A DNA stretch of 62,579 bases, counting the filler, from Catajapyx aquilonaris (Eukaryota), in assembly GCA_000934665.2 (NCBI GenBank). It is 4 parts of 4 records of this genome, joined end to end, with 100 filler letters (N's around TTAATTAATTAA, not from the genome) between each part and the next. Parts side by side here need not be neighbours in the genome. Positions count along the whole stretch, not along the records: positions 31,368 to 46,918 come from JYFJ02007461.1; positions 47,019 to 62,579 come from KZ539690.1; 2 more parts are not named here. One strand, written 5' to 3'. Under the pieces are notes generated by a model, which had not been told where the DNA came from, did no database searches, and was given only the letters and a program-made list of their open reading frames with translations. Below, in pieces: positions 35,869 through 48,637 of the stretch (position 1 is its first letter; each line of letters begins with the position of its first letter). Both the position numbers and the translations under genes were made by a program.

Positions 35869-37084
35869 CAGGGTTGTGAACCGAACCGAACCCTTGCTCC
35901 GTGAACCCGATAACATCGAACCAGCTCCGGAGCAGTAGAGTCGGAGTCCGGAGCGAGCGTCGGAACGGGGACGGGTTCAAGGCGGTTCCAGGGGAGAGTG
36001 GAGCCAAGGTCGGAACGGGTCCGGAGCGAGGGCCAGAACTGGGTACGGTTCAAGCTGGTTTAGGGGAAGAGTGGAGCCAAGGTCGGAGCGGCTCCGGAGT
36101 TGAACCCGGTTCAGGAGCGGGGTTCAGAGCGGGATCCGGAGCGGGTTCGGAGCGGTTCAAAGCTTGGTTAGGTACTATATACGCCAAATTGTTTCATACC
36201 CCCGGGGTATGAAACAATTAATTTGTCGTATACCTAGGTATAGTGCTATATACGACAAATTGTTTCATACCCCGGGGGTATGAAACAATTTGGCGTATAT
36301 AGTACTACATACCAACCCAACAGGGGGAAAGGCAGTAAAACCCCTGGATTTACTCCACAGTATGCATCATGTTTTCATGGTGGGAGAATGACATTTCCAA
36401 GCACCCGCGATACAGGGTGTACCGCAAATGTCACATTTTCATGTCATGCGCATTTTGGTATGTTACAATATGTCATGCGGATTTTTGTATGCCACAATAT
36501 CTCATACCCATTTATTGGATGTCACATTCTCATGTCATGCATTTGTTGTATGCTACTATGTCTCATACCCATTTTTTGGATGTCACATTCTCATGTCATA
36601 CGCATTTTTGTAGGCCACAATATCTCATACCCATTTATTAAATGGGTATGAGATATTGTGGCATACAAAAATGCGTATGACATATTGTAACATACCAAAA
36701 TGCACATGACATGAAAATGTGACATTTGCGGTACACACCCTGTATCGCGGGTGCTTGGAAATGTCATTCTCCCACCATGAAAACATGATGCATACTCTGG
36801 AGTAAATCCAGCGGTTTTGCTGCCTTTCCCCCTGTTGGGTTGGTATGTTGTACCTAACCAAGCTTTGAACCGCTCCGAACCCACTCCGGATCCCGCTCTA
36901 AACCCCGCTCCTGAACCGGGTTCAACTCCGGAGCCGCTCCGACCTTCTCTCCATTCTTCCCCTGAACCGGCTTGAACCCGAACCCCGTTCCGACGCTAGC
37001 TCCGGACTCCGACTCTACTGCTCTGGAGCTGGTTCGATATTATCGGGTTCACGGAGCAAGGGTTCGGTTCGGTTCACAACCCTG
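35869..37084. mobile_element. hAT foldback MITE with nested TA-flanked palindromic MITE (36175-36302)
   Basis: Perfect 8-bp TSD AGCTATGA, TIR CAGGGTTGTGAACCGAACCGAACCC, nearly full-length palindrome; the empty site is visible in the right arm. Confidence 0.92.
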
Positions 37085-37289
37085 AGCTATGAAAAATGGT
37101 AAAATTGTTACGTAAAACAGAAAAAGGAAAAAAATGAATCGTTGATCACGCCTGAATGGGTGCGAGAAGGAGTGACTGTCTTCAAAGGGGTGTGTATGTC
37201 CAAAAAGGTTGAGAACCTCTGTTCTAAATGCATAGGTAAGAGCCTGCGGGCACATAGCAAGAATGCCGGTGCAACTAATCCAAGATGGA

Positions 37290-37722
37290 GTGCGCACTGT
37301 CGAGCGTGTCCAAGTGGAATGAGCACATTGTTATTCCATTTCTGATGGCCAAGGACAATAGACCTGCTGAAATCTATTGGGGCTGCTTACACTGTACGGT
37401 GCATTCAAGTAAGCCAGATGCACCCACAATCCCCCCTTATCAGCTGGTCCACATGTGTAGTGATGGCAGGTGTGATTGGGGCCTGAGCCTGGCTTCTTCG
37501 GGGAAGGTCAGCATTGAATTGTCTGCCATCTCGGAATCCTGAACCATTCAATGATAGTAGTCTTTGCCACACAGCTGGCTGCTTACACTGTAAGCATCCT
37601 TCAATGGATTTCTGCGGGTCTATTGTCCTTGGCCATCAGAAATGGAATAACGATGTGCTCATTCCACTTGGACAAAGCAGATTTTAATTCCAAACTGGGA
37701 TGATTTGACATGGAATGACCCT
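37290..37722. mobile_element. mariner 5'-end foldback remnant
   Basis: KWNEHIVIPFLMAKDNRPAEIY (Mos1 HTH-like), mirrored at 37600-37672. Confidence 0.65.
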
Positions 37723-38444
37723 TAGAGCTCTTCACCACCTGCAGATTGGTAACACCTAACACCAGAAATTTCGGAATAAGGTCACGAACGTGAATGACAA
37801 CCAGAGACCCGTACTACAGGCCATGGCAATTACCGACTTGTGCGTTAGTCCATGTGCCCAGCACTCTCTGGCATGACATTTCCTGGCGGAATACAGTCGG
37901 GCACGCTCGGCTCGCCACTCAGTCTCGTCTGACAGTTGCTGCGCCTTCGCATAAACTGCAAGATGGCGCCTATACATCTTAGAAAGTAGAGGAAGGATGG
38001 ACATACATGCCCGTGTTCGTCTTTACCCTGTCCGTTGCATGGCGTCGAAACTAGCATCGCGAAACTTAGGCCCTCGTATAATGATTGATACAGCTAAAAG
38101 TACATGGTTCAGGGAATAAAGACAGTGAAGCTTGTGGAGCTCATTGGCCAGGACACACTTGATAATAAATCACAATTTTATTTCAGGTTACTTTGCAATA
38201 ATCAGTTGTGTTACATCTTGTAAAATCTCTTTAGACCTGCTGTGACAGCAGTTTGAGAGATGGTTGGTAACCTTTGACTTGTATCATGCCAATGTATATT
38301 GTTGTTGTCATATTTTGCTTGATATATTATGCATTAGTTGCATCTGTTTTTGCCAATAAGAGCTTCACGCTGCCTTCAAAATGTTTCTTCACTGCTGGAA
38401 AACTTGAATTTGTGAATTAATATTTCCCTTATTTCTCTTCTCAG

Positions 38445-38966
38445 CTGGAATGGTGGAGAGAACCACCTTTTGTTCAATATGGTATCTGGAAGTGCTCCAG
38501 ACTATGCCACTGTCTTGGAAGTAGATTCTCAGTCAGCCATGATTGCTGGAGCAGGCTTTTCCTCCCTTACCTACCGATCTGGATTTGACATCTCCCTGCC
38601 AATGTACAACCCTTATTTGGAAGGGACCAAGATACCCCAGTTTCCTAACAAGCGCTGGCTACTTGTGTCAGCTCAGACCAACATCCACCCAGAGTACTTG
38701 GAGGAATTGGAGGCTATGGATAGGGACAACTTGCTGCTGCTAGGTCACTGTGAAGGTGGACTGAAGTCGAACTACACAGTCAGGTGTAGGGGGAAAGATA
38801 TGTATGAGTATCCCCATGTGTTGAGCCAGGCTAGGTTTTGCTTGGTCCTGAGAGGAGTCCGGCTGGGGCAGTTAGCTCTGCTGGAGGCCATGATGGCTGG
38901 ATGTATTCCAGTGGTGGTTGCTGACTCGTATGTGATGCCCTTTTCTGAAGTAATTGATTGGAAGAG
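38445..38966 (+). CDS. EXT2: Exostosin-2, coding exon 2 (GT47 domain)
   Basis: WNGGENHLLFNM...YRSGFDISLP...FCLVLRGVRLGQ...AGCIPVVVADSYVMPFSEVIDWKR; phase matches exon 1. Confidence 0.95.
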
Positions 38967-39044
38967 GTAAATGCACAGATGAAAAGTGGCATGGTGATAA
39001 GCATTGTAACATACTGATTGATATATAAAATATGTGCATTACAG

Positions 39045-39270
39045 GGCATCCATTGTGTTGTATGAGGAAGACTTCCCAAACGTGATGCAGGTGCTCCAAG
39101 CCATATCAGAAGATCGGATGGATGAACTTAAGGAACAAGTGGAATGGCTTTACAACAAGTATTTCCAGTCTATGGATGTCATCACTGCCACTGTGCTAGA
39201 AATACTCAATGACCGAGTCTTCCCTCAGAATGCAAGAGGTTATGATCATTGGAACACCAAGCCCAGTCCG
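39045..39270 (+). CDS. EXT2: Exostosin-2, coding exon 3
   Basis: ASIVLYEED...YFQSMDVITATVLEILNDRVFPQNARGYDHWN. Confidence 0.93.
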
Positions 39271-40734
39271 GTGAGCATTTCACATGCATTTTTTAACTCG
39301 GAATAAAATAAACTGACCATATTAATTATTTTAATGTCTGTGAATGTAAATCCCCAAGTACTACACCCCTTCAAAAGAATTCAGCCACCTGGAAAAGTAG
39401 CTCTCTGGCTTAGGAAAACATGTTATATTGTCAGAATGGATGTCTTATTTAACTGTCTGATGTCCTGAGCTTTTTTGAATTGGGCGCGCTAGGATGTGCA
39501 TAGAGAATTCGAACTTTGCGGTTCAATACGCTCCTGCAATCTCTTGGATGGTGACTCAACTACCATAGCATTCCCAGAATACCCCCTGCTTCCGCAAAGT
39601 TGAGTCGTATATGCCATGGTAGTGTTGCTCCTGCGCGATCGTGTATGTAAACCTGTGCCCTCAGTACAGGGTGTCCCGTAACGCCTGCACCATTGGGAGT
39701 TTCTCATAATACAGTGTTGTGGTAATATTATGTAACCATAATAACAATGTATAGTGACTGACAACCAAAGTGACTTTTCTTACCCTCCTGAATTTTGAAA
39801 ATTTTTGGATTTCTAATTCTCCTTGGCCTGTTGTAGTCTTGAGAAAACATCACCTTCGCTGCTAATTTCCATGTTAGCAGGGTGAAAATACAGCCAAAAG
39901 ATGATGTTTGGAAGCCACAACACTTGCATCCCATCGCGAGTCGTCGGCCATTGCCAACGAGGGATAAATAGGGTACAGGCAGGCCGTAAAGGTCCGCCAT
40001 CTTTGATGGTTTGGCCATGGCACTTCACGCCAAGAATACGCCCGAATTTGAATTTTTTTGCCGTATGAGCTCCTTTAATGCACTTTTCTACGTATTAATT
40101 CCATAAGTACGGCAAAAATATTCAAATTTGCTCGTGTTCTTGCCGTGAAGTGTCATGGCAAACTGCCAGCGACATTTTCCGAAGCAGCAGAAGAAGGAAT
40201 CTTGCTCGCCCGGCTTGCAGTATCCTTATCTTCAATTCCTTCTTCTGCCGCTTCGGAAAATGTCGCTAGCAATATGCCTCGATTTATGTCCAACACTCTA
40301 CCTAAAGACTGCAAACCACACGAAACCATCAAATTGCCACTGGCCACATGTCATGGTTTTGGGGTGCATCCAAGCAGCAAAAGCAATGATGATCAACATA
40401 ATCATTTGACAATTATGGCATGTGAGTTGGATGTTTTAATTTTTAAATATATCTACAGGCCTAATATAAAAATCCTTGCAGTGTTTGACCGAGCCCTCTG
40501 ATTGGTCTGCCGCATATTGTTACCGCCACCTCTCTATTGGCCTGTGTTCTAATCATGCGCAATGGGATGTAAACAATGCCTCTGTTTGGTTGCCGGGGAA
40601 ACTGTCCATTCACTCTCTGTATTGTTGCCCAGTTGGCACTACTGTGAAGTAGTTTATGGAATGACAGACACAGGACAGTTCTCAATTCTCACTAATCAGG
40701 CCGTTCGAAGACTACTGGAGGGCTAACGTTACAG

Positions 40735-40870
40735 CCTCCCCCGGCGCCCCCGGCGATATAGTGCGCCGAATAGGTACCCCAGGCTGCAGGCCTAGAAAAG
40801 AGCGAGCGAAGCGAGTGGTTTTCTAGGCCTGCGCCCTAGGAAAATGCGAGCAGAGCGAGGGTTTTCCTAG
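40735..40870 (+). mobile_element. Helitron-like 3' end
   Basis: GCGAGCGAAGCGAG-type subterminal motif twice, ending TTTTCCTAG|T. Confidence 0.55.
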
Positions 40871-41212
40871 TATTGATAATAAATATTGTAGCCAAACATT
40901 TGTGTTTGTTATGTATTTATATGAATCTGGTCAAGTATTAATTTTGCTGGGTTGGATTAGAAATTTTATTATTAGTTCTTGGCCATATTAAGCTGAAAAG
41001 TGTTACTCACAAGTCAGACATTCCTACCTGTTTCTTGAAGTGCAGAAAGCAGCATTTAAAATTCCAGATTGTTAATAGTATTTTAGATTTTCAATAGCTC
41101 TGCAAAAAGATGCTAGAATCTTCCAGAATTTCAATTTTAATGTCAATGGTGAATGATTTCCAATTTTTTGAGTCACATTATTGTTCACTAAAACCAATAT
41201 AAGGTAGGTGTA

Positions 41213-43522
41213 CAGTCCCGGGTATAATAGCATATCATAAATGTAAACAACGGCTTTGGCGTTCCCTGGCAACTGGGCATGTTTGGACATCGACATATGG
41301 AGAGTGCTTAGCATTTGTTCTATTGTTGCCACTGTTTACAGGTAGGGATTGATGCTGGGCAACCTAGCGACAGGTCTGCAGGCTTACTAATGCATGGCAT
41401 CGGAATAAGCGGGCTGAGGGGATATTATTTTGAGAAGGCGCTTTGTTATTATCACACTACCGTCACTTCCCACGATGATGGAGTTACAGAATGGCTGGAA
41501 TGATGAGAGGGATGTTCTAGTAGTTGGTTGTTATGTCCAAAGAGTTCTGCTATTATATAATATCCTCCTGAGACCCGAGAAGAATTGAGTAACGCAATAT
41601 CAGTTCCTATTGCATTTTCTGAACATTTTCCCAATAAGAAACGAGAAAAAAATTTTAGTTTTAAAATATCGACAAAAATGGCGACAAACAACCAATGAGA
41701 ACATTAGGACCCAATTGGTGCTACAAAAGCAGAACGGATGAAAGCTGAAAATTGAAATACCACTTAATGGATCACTCACATAGTGCTCTATCCTCAAAAC
41801 AATGTTTTTAAAATTTATTTGTGGTATTCGTGGTAGCAATTCCTCTCAGAAGACAATTAAAGATAAATAAAATCATTTTTTAACGCCACCACTCCAGGCA
41901 TGGGGCTTGCTCCTTCCCTTCTTACCGGCTAAAGTGGTACCTTGCTATTCTAGATTTTAAAACTGAACTGCATAGTGAAAACCGCACTTCCTTATGGGTG
42001 TATAGGTACAGGCAAGTAAAGAAAAGTCACACCCATTCAGCTAAAAATTCCATTTTTCGGATGTCCGCTTAAATGGGCATTTGGTCTCAGGAAGAAAAGA
42101 AAATGACCAGTTCTCTACAGCAACAAAGATTGTCACAGAATCATCTTTTCGCAGTTCCTAAGACACATTCCTTGCGAATCCCAGGACATTCACTGCATTG
42201 CGAAAATCGCATTCTAAATATGAGTAAAAATATAAAACTGATCAGATGAGCGCCTAGCTTCAGCAGTGGAATCCGCCATTTTGTCCGCGATTTAATTTTC
42301 GCGGCCCAAGCCAGATATTTGACGCTAGGTGGCTACAGCTATTGAGGCCAGATTGTAATCATGGGATTCCAACAAATTACAGTTTTGTTGGCATCACTAG
42401 TTGGCGCCAAAAAAACTTTTCCAGATGTCCATTTAAATGGACATTTGGTCTCAGGAGGATATAATACGTAGAGGAGATACTCCCTATCCTTTTCCATTAG
42501 ACCGGCTGAGGCAGCCGCCATCTTGTTGGAGGTAATATTGTTGTTCTAACAGTTGTCTAACAACTGGGACAACAACCAATAATGGCAACTGGGACGACAA
42601 TTAGTTCAATAATGTCAGGCGTCCGCCATCCTGTTGGAGGTAATATTGTTGCCTGCATTGTTGCCTGCCTCACATTTCAGCCCGAGTGCCTCCTCTAGGT
42701 ATATATATATATAATATAGCAGAACTCTTTGGTTATGTCTGGTGGTTACTATGGTACTATGTTGATGTTGATGTTGATGTTGATGGTGACTGGGAAATAA
42801 ATCAGTTATTCTCAAAACTTTCTGAGAGTCAGACCTGAATCTCACAAGATGAAGAAATCCAACATTTCAGACACTGACAGTAATTCAAAACAAAAATGTG
42901 TTCCTTACCCAACCCACCCTGTCACCCACCCACTACTCCCCTTTCACCCGTTACATCTCAGAATTCACAGTTTTGCAACCCGTCATGAACTCGACATGCA
43001 TGTCACCTTCTCCAGAGACTCAAATTCCCTCCACTTCCTCACCCACCATATACAGCCCAGATCTTGAGTTGTGCGACTTTTTTCTTTCTCCAAAAATGAA
43101 GACACATGAAGGGAAATCGGTGCAGTGCCAATACAGAAGTTGAGGCTGCTGTTCGCACTTGTCACCACTCCCCTTATATTAAACCTTATATTAAATAGGC
43201 AGACGAAAGCATGCCGGACTACTTCCCGATCATTCAGTAACTCCATGCATCCTGACTTATGCTGGAAAGTGACGATAGTGTGATAATAACGAAGCGCCTT
43301 CTCAAAATAATATCCCCTCAGCCCGCTTATACCGATGCCATGCATTAGTAAGCCTGCAGACCCGTCGCTAGGTCGCCCAGCATCAATCGCTACCTGCAAA
43401 CAGTGGCAACAATAGAAAGAACGCTAAGCACTCTCCATATGCCGATGTCTGAACACGCCCAGTTGCCAGGTAACGCCAAAGCCGTTGTTTACATTTATGA
43501 TATGCTATTATGCTCAGTACTG
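41213..43522. mobile_element. Tc1/pogo-type element with ~290-bp TIRs containing nested inserts
   Basis: TA|CAGT...ACTG|TA; 41213-41500 mirrors 43240-43522. Confidence 0.8.
41564..42458. mobile_element. piggyBac-like element with ATAT TSD
   Basis: ATAT|CCTCCTGAGACC...GGTCTCAGGAGG|ATAT. Confidence 0.75.
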
Positions 43523-45205
43523 TACCAGTAGTGGACGGTGTCCCAAAGGTGGACAGTGGAGACTTTGAACCTCAATAACAAGGGAACACGGCAATATTGA
43601 GTGGAAGTGAGACATCTGGCATCATTTCACATCCCTTTGGGGTTGACTGATCACCACATATTTACCATTCATGGCCTACTTAGTGAATGAGGAGCTCGTG
43701 AACACGTCAGCTCTGATTTTTGCCTTGAAATGGGGTTTTTCTTAGCGGATTCGCTAAGTAGAAAGTAAAACCTTGCCATTGCCACATCACTCACGAGTCA
43801 CCAACTTATCCACAGTCTACCTCAGCCTTGTCTCTCCCCAAACTGAACCTCAGATGGGAAGGTGACTTTCAAGCCCTGCACACATAACGCAACTTTTAAC
43901 GTTATGTGTGGGATAAGTGTTTCTGAGGACCAGGGAAACCGAGCGGTATATGCGGGAAAGCATTATAAGCAGAAAGTGTTATAAACAGGGTAAGTTACCA
44001 ACTGGCCCTTATGGGACTGATCAAGGGACCAGAAAAAAGGGTGTTAAAAAGTGAGTATATGCGGGAGCATTATATCCAGGTTTCACTGCATTCAAATATT
44101 CCAAAATCCAACAAAATCCAAAATTCGAAACATATCCAGTCCCAAGCATATCAGATAAAGGATCCTGTACTGATATGCAAACACTTTTGAATGCTATATG
44201 GTATATTTGGTTGGTACTACCTTGGTCTCTGGAAATGTGATACTTAAGATATGGTAGCTGAACATTTTAACACAGCATGTGTGTGAGGAAACATTTATGA
44301 TCTTCTTTCCAGCTGCTGTTTTTTGCTTGTAATATGGAGCCTCATGTGTGTGTGAAATGTTCCATTGTCAGTGTCATGATAATGAATGATTCATGTTCAG
44401 GTGTTTTAAAAAAATTAACTAAGCATGTATTTTGCTAAGCATACTGACAGATTTTTCGAAGCTAGGTGTTGACTACTCAAGGCGGCTGAATTCTCTTTAG
44501 GAATGGTAGTGTATTCATTGAAAATGACAATGAAACGCTTATGCGCCCATCTCATGCAAGCCAGTGAACCTCTACCTCCCTTGACTGTAAGTGTCTCTTG
44601 CCAATAGAGTTGACCAGTCAGACAAGTTTTCAAAACAGCCCCACTGCACTGTGCAGAAAGTGGTGGATAGTATTGATATAGGTATCAACTGTGGCGGAAA
44701 TGATTGTTTTTTTGAAGGAGAAAGCTTTTTTCACCAACAGTGCCACAACAAAGCTTGATCAAGGGCCACATCGGATTGGATGCATTAACATACTCAAACA
44801 TTTAGAGTGGATGCCTTTCACTGGGTGTTGCCATCATTGGTGATTGTGATATATAGTTCACTCTCCAAGCTCTACCACTTCTCAAGCTGATACAGCTTGG
44901 ACAGAGAGCTAATGTCACAGACAATGTCACTTCCCCCACCTAATCACCCTACAATTTTCTGGAGACCAAAGAAAACGCTACTGCTATAGTAAATGTTTAC
45001 TTTGTTATTATAGTAAGAAACAATAAATAGGAGCGATTAATATGTCATATGTTATGTAAAGGCAGCTGCCGCAGGTTTATCCATATAAATAACCAATTGC
45101 CAATTAAGGATAAACCAATATTGTATATTATATAGGCTACCTACAGTGCTGCAACCAGTCCTAGTTTACTTGATAAGTGATGATTTGAATATTTTTTTCT
45201 TTCAG

Positions 45206-45389
45206 TCTGTGGGAAAAAGCCCTCTCTTTCTCCCAATGACTGCCTCCAAGTCACAAGGTTTTACTGCTGTGGTGCTGACCTATGATCGACTTGAGAGCCT
45301 CTTCCAAGTAATTCTGAAAGTAGTGAAGGCACCAAGTGTTGCCAAAGTTCTGGTTGTGTGGAACAACCAGAAGAAGCCTCCACCACACC
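45206..45389 (+). CDS. EXT2: Exostosin-2, coding exon 4 (start of GT64)
   Basis: [28 protein letters not shown]...[14 protein letters not shown]. Confidence 0.95.
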
Positions 45390-45470
45390 GTATGGGACAA
45401 CTTCATTCTCTTCTATTTCCCTTATTCTGCATTTTTTTCTGTGTATCGATTAGTTGCAGTATGTAGTATA

Positions 45471-46078
45471 CACAAAGTCCCGGTTTACGAACGACCTGAC
45501 TTAATGGCGATCCGTACTTACGAACGGCCTCCGAAGGCTCCCCAGAAGGAGAATTAATTTTAAAATTATTTCTCCACTTTCAATCACTTCTGTGTACACT
45601 GACCAACATCAAGTTCAACATAAATACATACTGTATAATATGAATTTATAATTGGGAAACTACATTCCTCCACTCATGTAAACAAACACACATGACGTAA
45701 GCTGTTAATTGGAGTAGCATCTTTAAGTTGTGTACAGGCATTCCAAATTCGTGGGTCGTTTTTTTAAATACCAACTGATATTGCCCAATAGTAGTTATTT
45801 TTGTGTAGCTTGTTATGCCCCAATCCAGGTGTCTTATTACTCCCAGGGGGTCGAATATAGCAGTTGCTGTAGAATGGGGTACCTGGTTTATAGGGGCACA
45901 AAAAGCTACAAAAAATAGTTACTATTGGGCGATATCAGTTATATAAAAAAACGACCCACGAATTATTTTTTAAAACACCCTGTATATGCTCTGTTCCTCA
46001 GGGATCCGAGTTACGTACAAATCTGACTTATGAACATTTTCTGGGACGTAGCCCTGTTCATAGACCGGGGACTTCCTG
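45471..46078. mobile_element. pogo/Tigger-type MITE with nested mariner-type MITE (~45735-45982)
   Basis: AAGTCCCGGTTTACGAAC / GTTCATAGACCGGGGACTT; inner ATTCGTGGGTCGTTTT / AAAACGACCCACGAAT. Confidence 0.7.
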
Positions 46079-46130
46079 TATTTGAATAGTTGGCTGAAAA
46101 TTTATAGATAGTTGTAAATAGTGTTATTGG

Positions 46131-46477
46131 GGGAAGGCGTGGTGGCCGAGATGGTAACGTCTCGGCTTGCTGTGCGGAAGGTCCAGGGTTCGATCCCCGC
46201 CTGGGAGTTCCCTTTCGCCTGCGCCAGTGGGTCTCTGACCCGCACCTTAAGTGGCGTCTTGGCAACCCAGCTTCCTGGGGGACTGCACATGACCCCTTTT
46301 CAGACATTGCACTTGCACCAGTGTCCCCTCCCCAAAAATTCCCATCTTTACCCTACATCCTTAAAGTCCTTGCACAGAGTTCAAAGAAAAATAAGAAAAA
46401 TCGATTCAAATGGTGGTAATCCACCCCCCTAAGAGAGCACTGCTCTATCACGGGGCTTTAAATAAATAAATAAATAA
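46131..46477 (+). mobile_element. tRNA-derived SINE, family 3
   Basis: A box TGGCCGAGATGG, B box GGTTCGATCCC, (TAAA)n tail, 15-bp TSD AAATAGTGTTATTGG. Confidence 0.92.
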
Positions 46478-46586
46478 AAATAGTGTTATTGGTTAATTAT
46501 GGTTGTTGTCGATGTTGTTGACGTCCATGTTTGAAGCAGGTTAATCATTTCATTTCATTGCTTTATTATAAATTTTTATTTTGCAG

Positions 46587-46753
46587 CTTCAATTTGGCCC
46601 AAGATAAACAAGCCCCTTAAAGTTGTGCAGACCAGAGAAAATAAGTTGTCCAACCGTTTCTATCCATATGAGGAGATTGAGACGGAAGCCATCTTAGCTA
46701 TTGATGATGACATTATAATGCTCACTGCAGATGAGCTGGAGTTTGGGTTTGAG
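46587..46753 (+). CDS. EXT2: Exostosin-2, coding exon 5; gene continues beyond the scaffold end
   Basis: [11 protein letters not shown]...[44 protein letters not shown]. Confidence 0.95.
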
Positions 46754-46918
46754 GTGAGTGAGTGAGTGAGTTCACTAATCCAGGAGTAAATTGCCAGATC
46801 TTGAGAAGCAGCATTAGAAGGGAATGGGGAACTAGCCTTGGTCTGGGATTTGGGATTTTTGTTCATAACTAGCTAGCCCATGCCTGTAAACATACATTCC
46901 ATCACTCTGTTGCATCAA

Positions 46919-47018
46919 NNNNNNNNNNNNNNNNNNNNNNNNNNNNNNNNNNNNNNNNNNNNTTAATTAATTAANNNNNNNNNNNNNNNNNNNNNNNNNN
47001 NNNNNNNNNNNNNNNNNN
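46919..47018. other. Artificial scaffold-joining linker
   Basis: Same structure; the EXT2 exon series stops at this point. Confidence 0.95.
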
Positions 47019-48146
47019 TTGACTTGTTTACATCGTTCTAATAATTTATTGGTGCTCTATATCTTATCCCCATCGCCGTGGTTACGGAACTGGCAGTCAG
47101 CGCGGCGCTGCCAGATCGTCGCGTTCTTCCTGCGAGTTCTTATTGTTCATGGAGGGGGGTATTTTTCATCCCAAAGTTTGGCCAAACCAAGACTGCCACA
47201 CTCGTGCCCTTTCACACACTTACGGTAATTCGGCGTAAAAACCTTGTCATGGTCTCGAATCTCACAGGTACCGACATGGAAAGGAGTGATTGCGGGTCAA
47301 AATCAAAAACTGTACCTGGCCGTGGTGGCCGCAAATATCGCCCCAGGAGAAAAATAAAAGCACCATCTCAAAGTGCAACTCTTTCGCGTCCAGATACTCC
47401 AGTTTCATGCCGATACCTCCATATTTGCGACCGTGACAGCGAGAGGAAGAAGTGTCAAACTCATGGGCCGGGCCGCGACGGGCTCCCCGCAAAAATGGAT
47501 CGCGTAGCCTAGAGCGCGCTCTTAATCTTGATTTCCAGTTAGGTATTAGGTTAGGTTGGGACTCATATTTTATGCGCAAATTAATAAAAATGAGGGCCAC
47601 ATTGATTTACAGTGCTTTGAGTGTGCACAGCTATTTCCCATGATTGGTTTCCACAGGCTAGGGAGGGAGCATCTATTCATTTTTTACCAGGTAAATAAAA
47701 ACCCTTGTTGTAACAGGTAAACCCCCCCCCCCCCCCCCNNNNNNNNNNNNNNNNNNNNNNNNNNNNNNNNNNNNNNNNNNGGGGGGGGGGGGGGGAGAGA
47801 GGGGAGAGGAGGTAGGTGACAGTTGGTGAAGCATTACTGGCATAATAATCAGCTTCAAAAAGTTGCAATAAATATCCTGGCAAATTTACAATTCCGTCTC
47901 ATATTTTAGCATACAGAGTGGCAAGCCAGTATAAATCAGAGGTGACCAGGGGTTACCCTGGTGGAGCCAGCCACTAAGCCAGGTGGTGTAAAGTGAGGTA
48001 ATATTCAATATTTCCTCCTTTCCATGACAATTAGGGTAATTTTAACAGCTCCACTGAATGTCTTCAGATATCTTGTGTGGAGGGACAAAATGAATGGCAT
48101 ATTGGCATTGAAGTATAGTACCAATATGAACTAATACTTATTAAAA

Positions 48147-48430
48147 ACCGAAGCAGTTTGGAGGAGGGGATATGGTGTCCGACTGCTAATCGGGAGGTCC
48201 TGGGATCAAATCCCGGGGCCAGCAACTCTGACCATGGTTTTCTGTGGTTTCCCACGGTCCTTCCAGGAAAATTCCGGAGTTGCTTCCGTAATTAATAGGC
48301 CACAGCCGCTTCCTTCCGTCCCTATCCTATCCCAAAGAGCACAGTAAAATGAAAGCAAAGAGTTCCAGGCAAAACAAACTTCCCCCCTAAAGAGCTGATG
48401 GCTGATAACGGGGTATGAATTATGAATTAT
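48147..48430 (+). mobile_element. SINE family 1
   Basis: Near-identical to 10268-10555. Confidence 0.88.
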
Positions 48431-48637
48431 TTAATACATATTAATAGTAATTAAACTTTGCTCAGACACTGGGGGGAGGGATTGCTTTTTATCACAAAAG
48501 TTCTGAAGTGATGTACAAGAGCATAGAGCAAATGGTCATTAATGCAGAAATGGGGGGTCAGAGAGGGTATGTACTACTAACATGCACCAACTCCACCTTA
48601 CCCTATGTGCATTCAAAGCAACTATCTGCCAACTCAC

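Noticed and set aside
46131..46210. Functional tRNA gene
   Set aside because: The tRNA-like head continues into a SINE body, tail and 15-bp TSD, with no immediate Pol III terminator.
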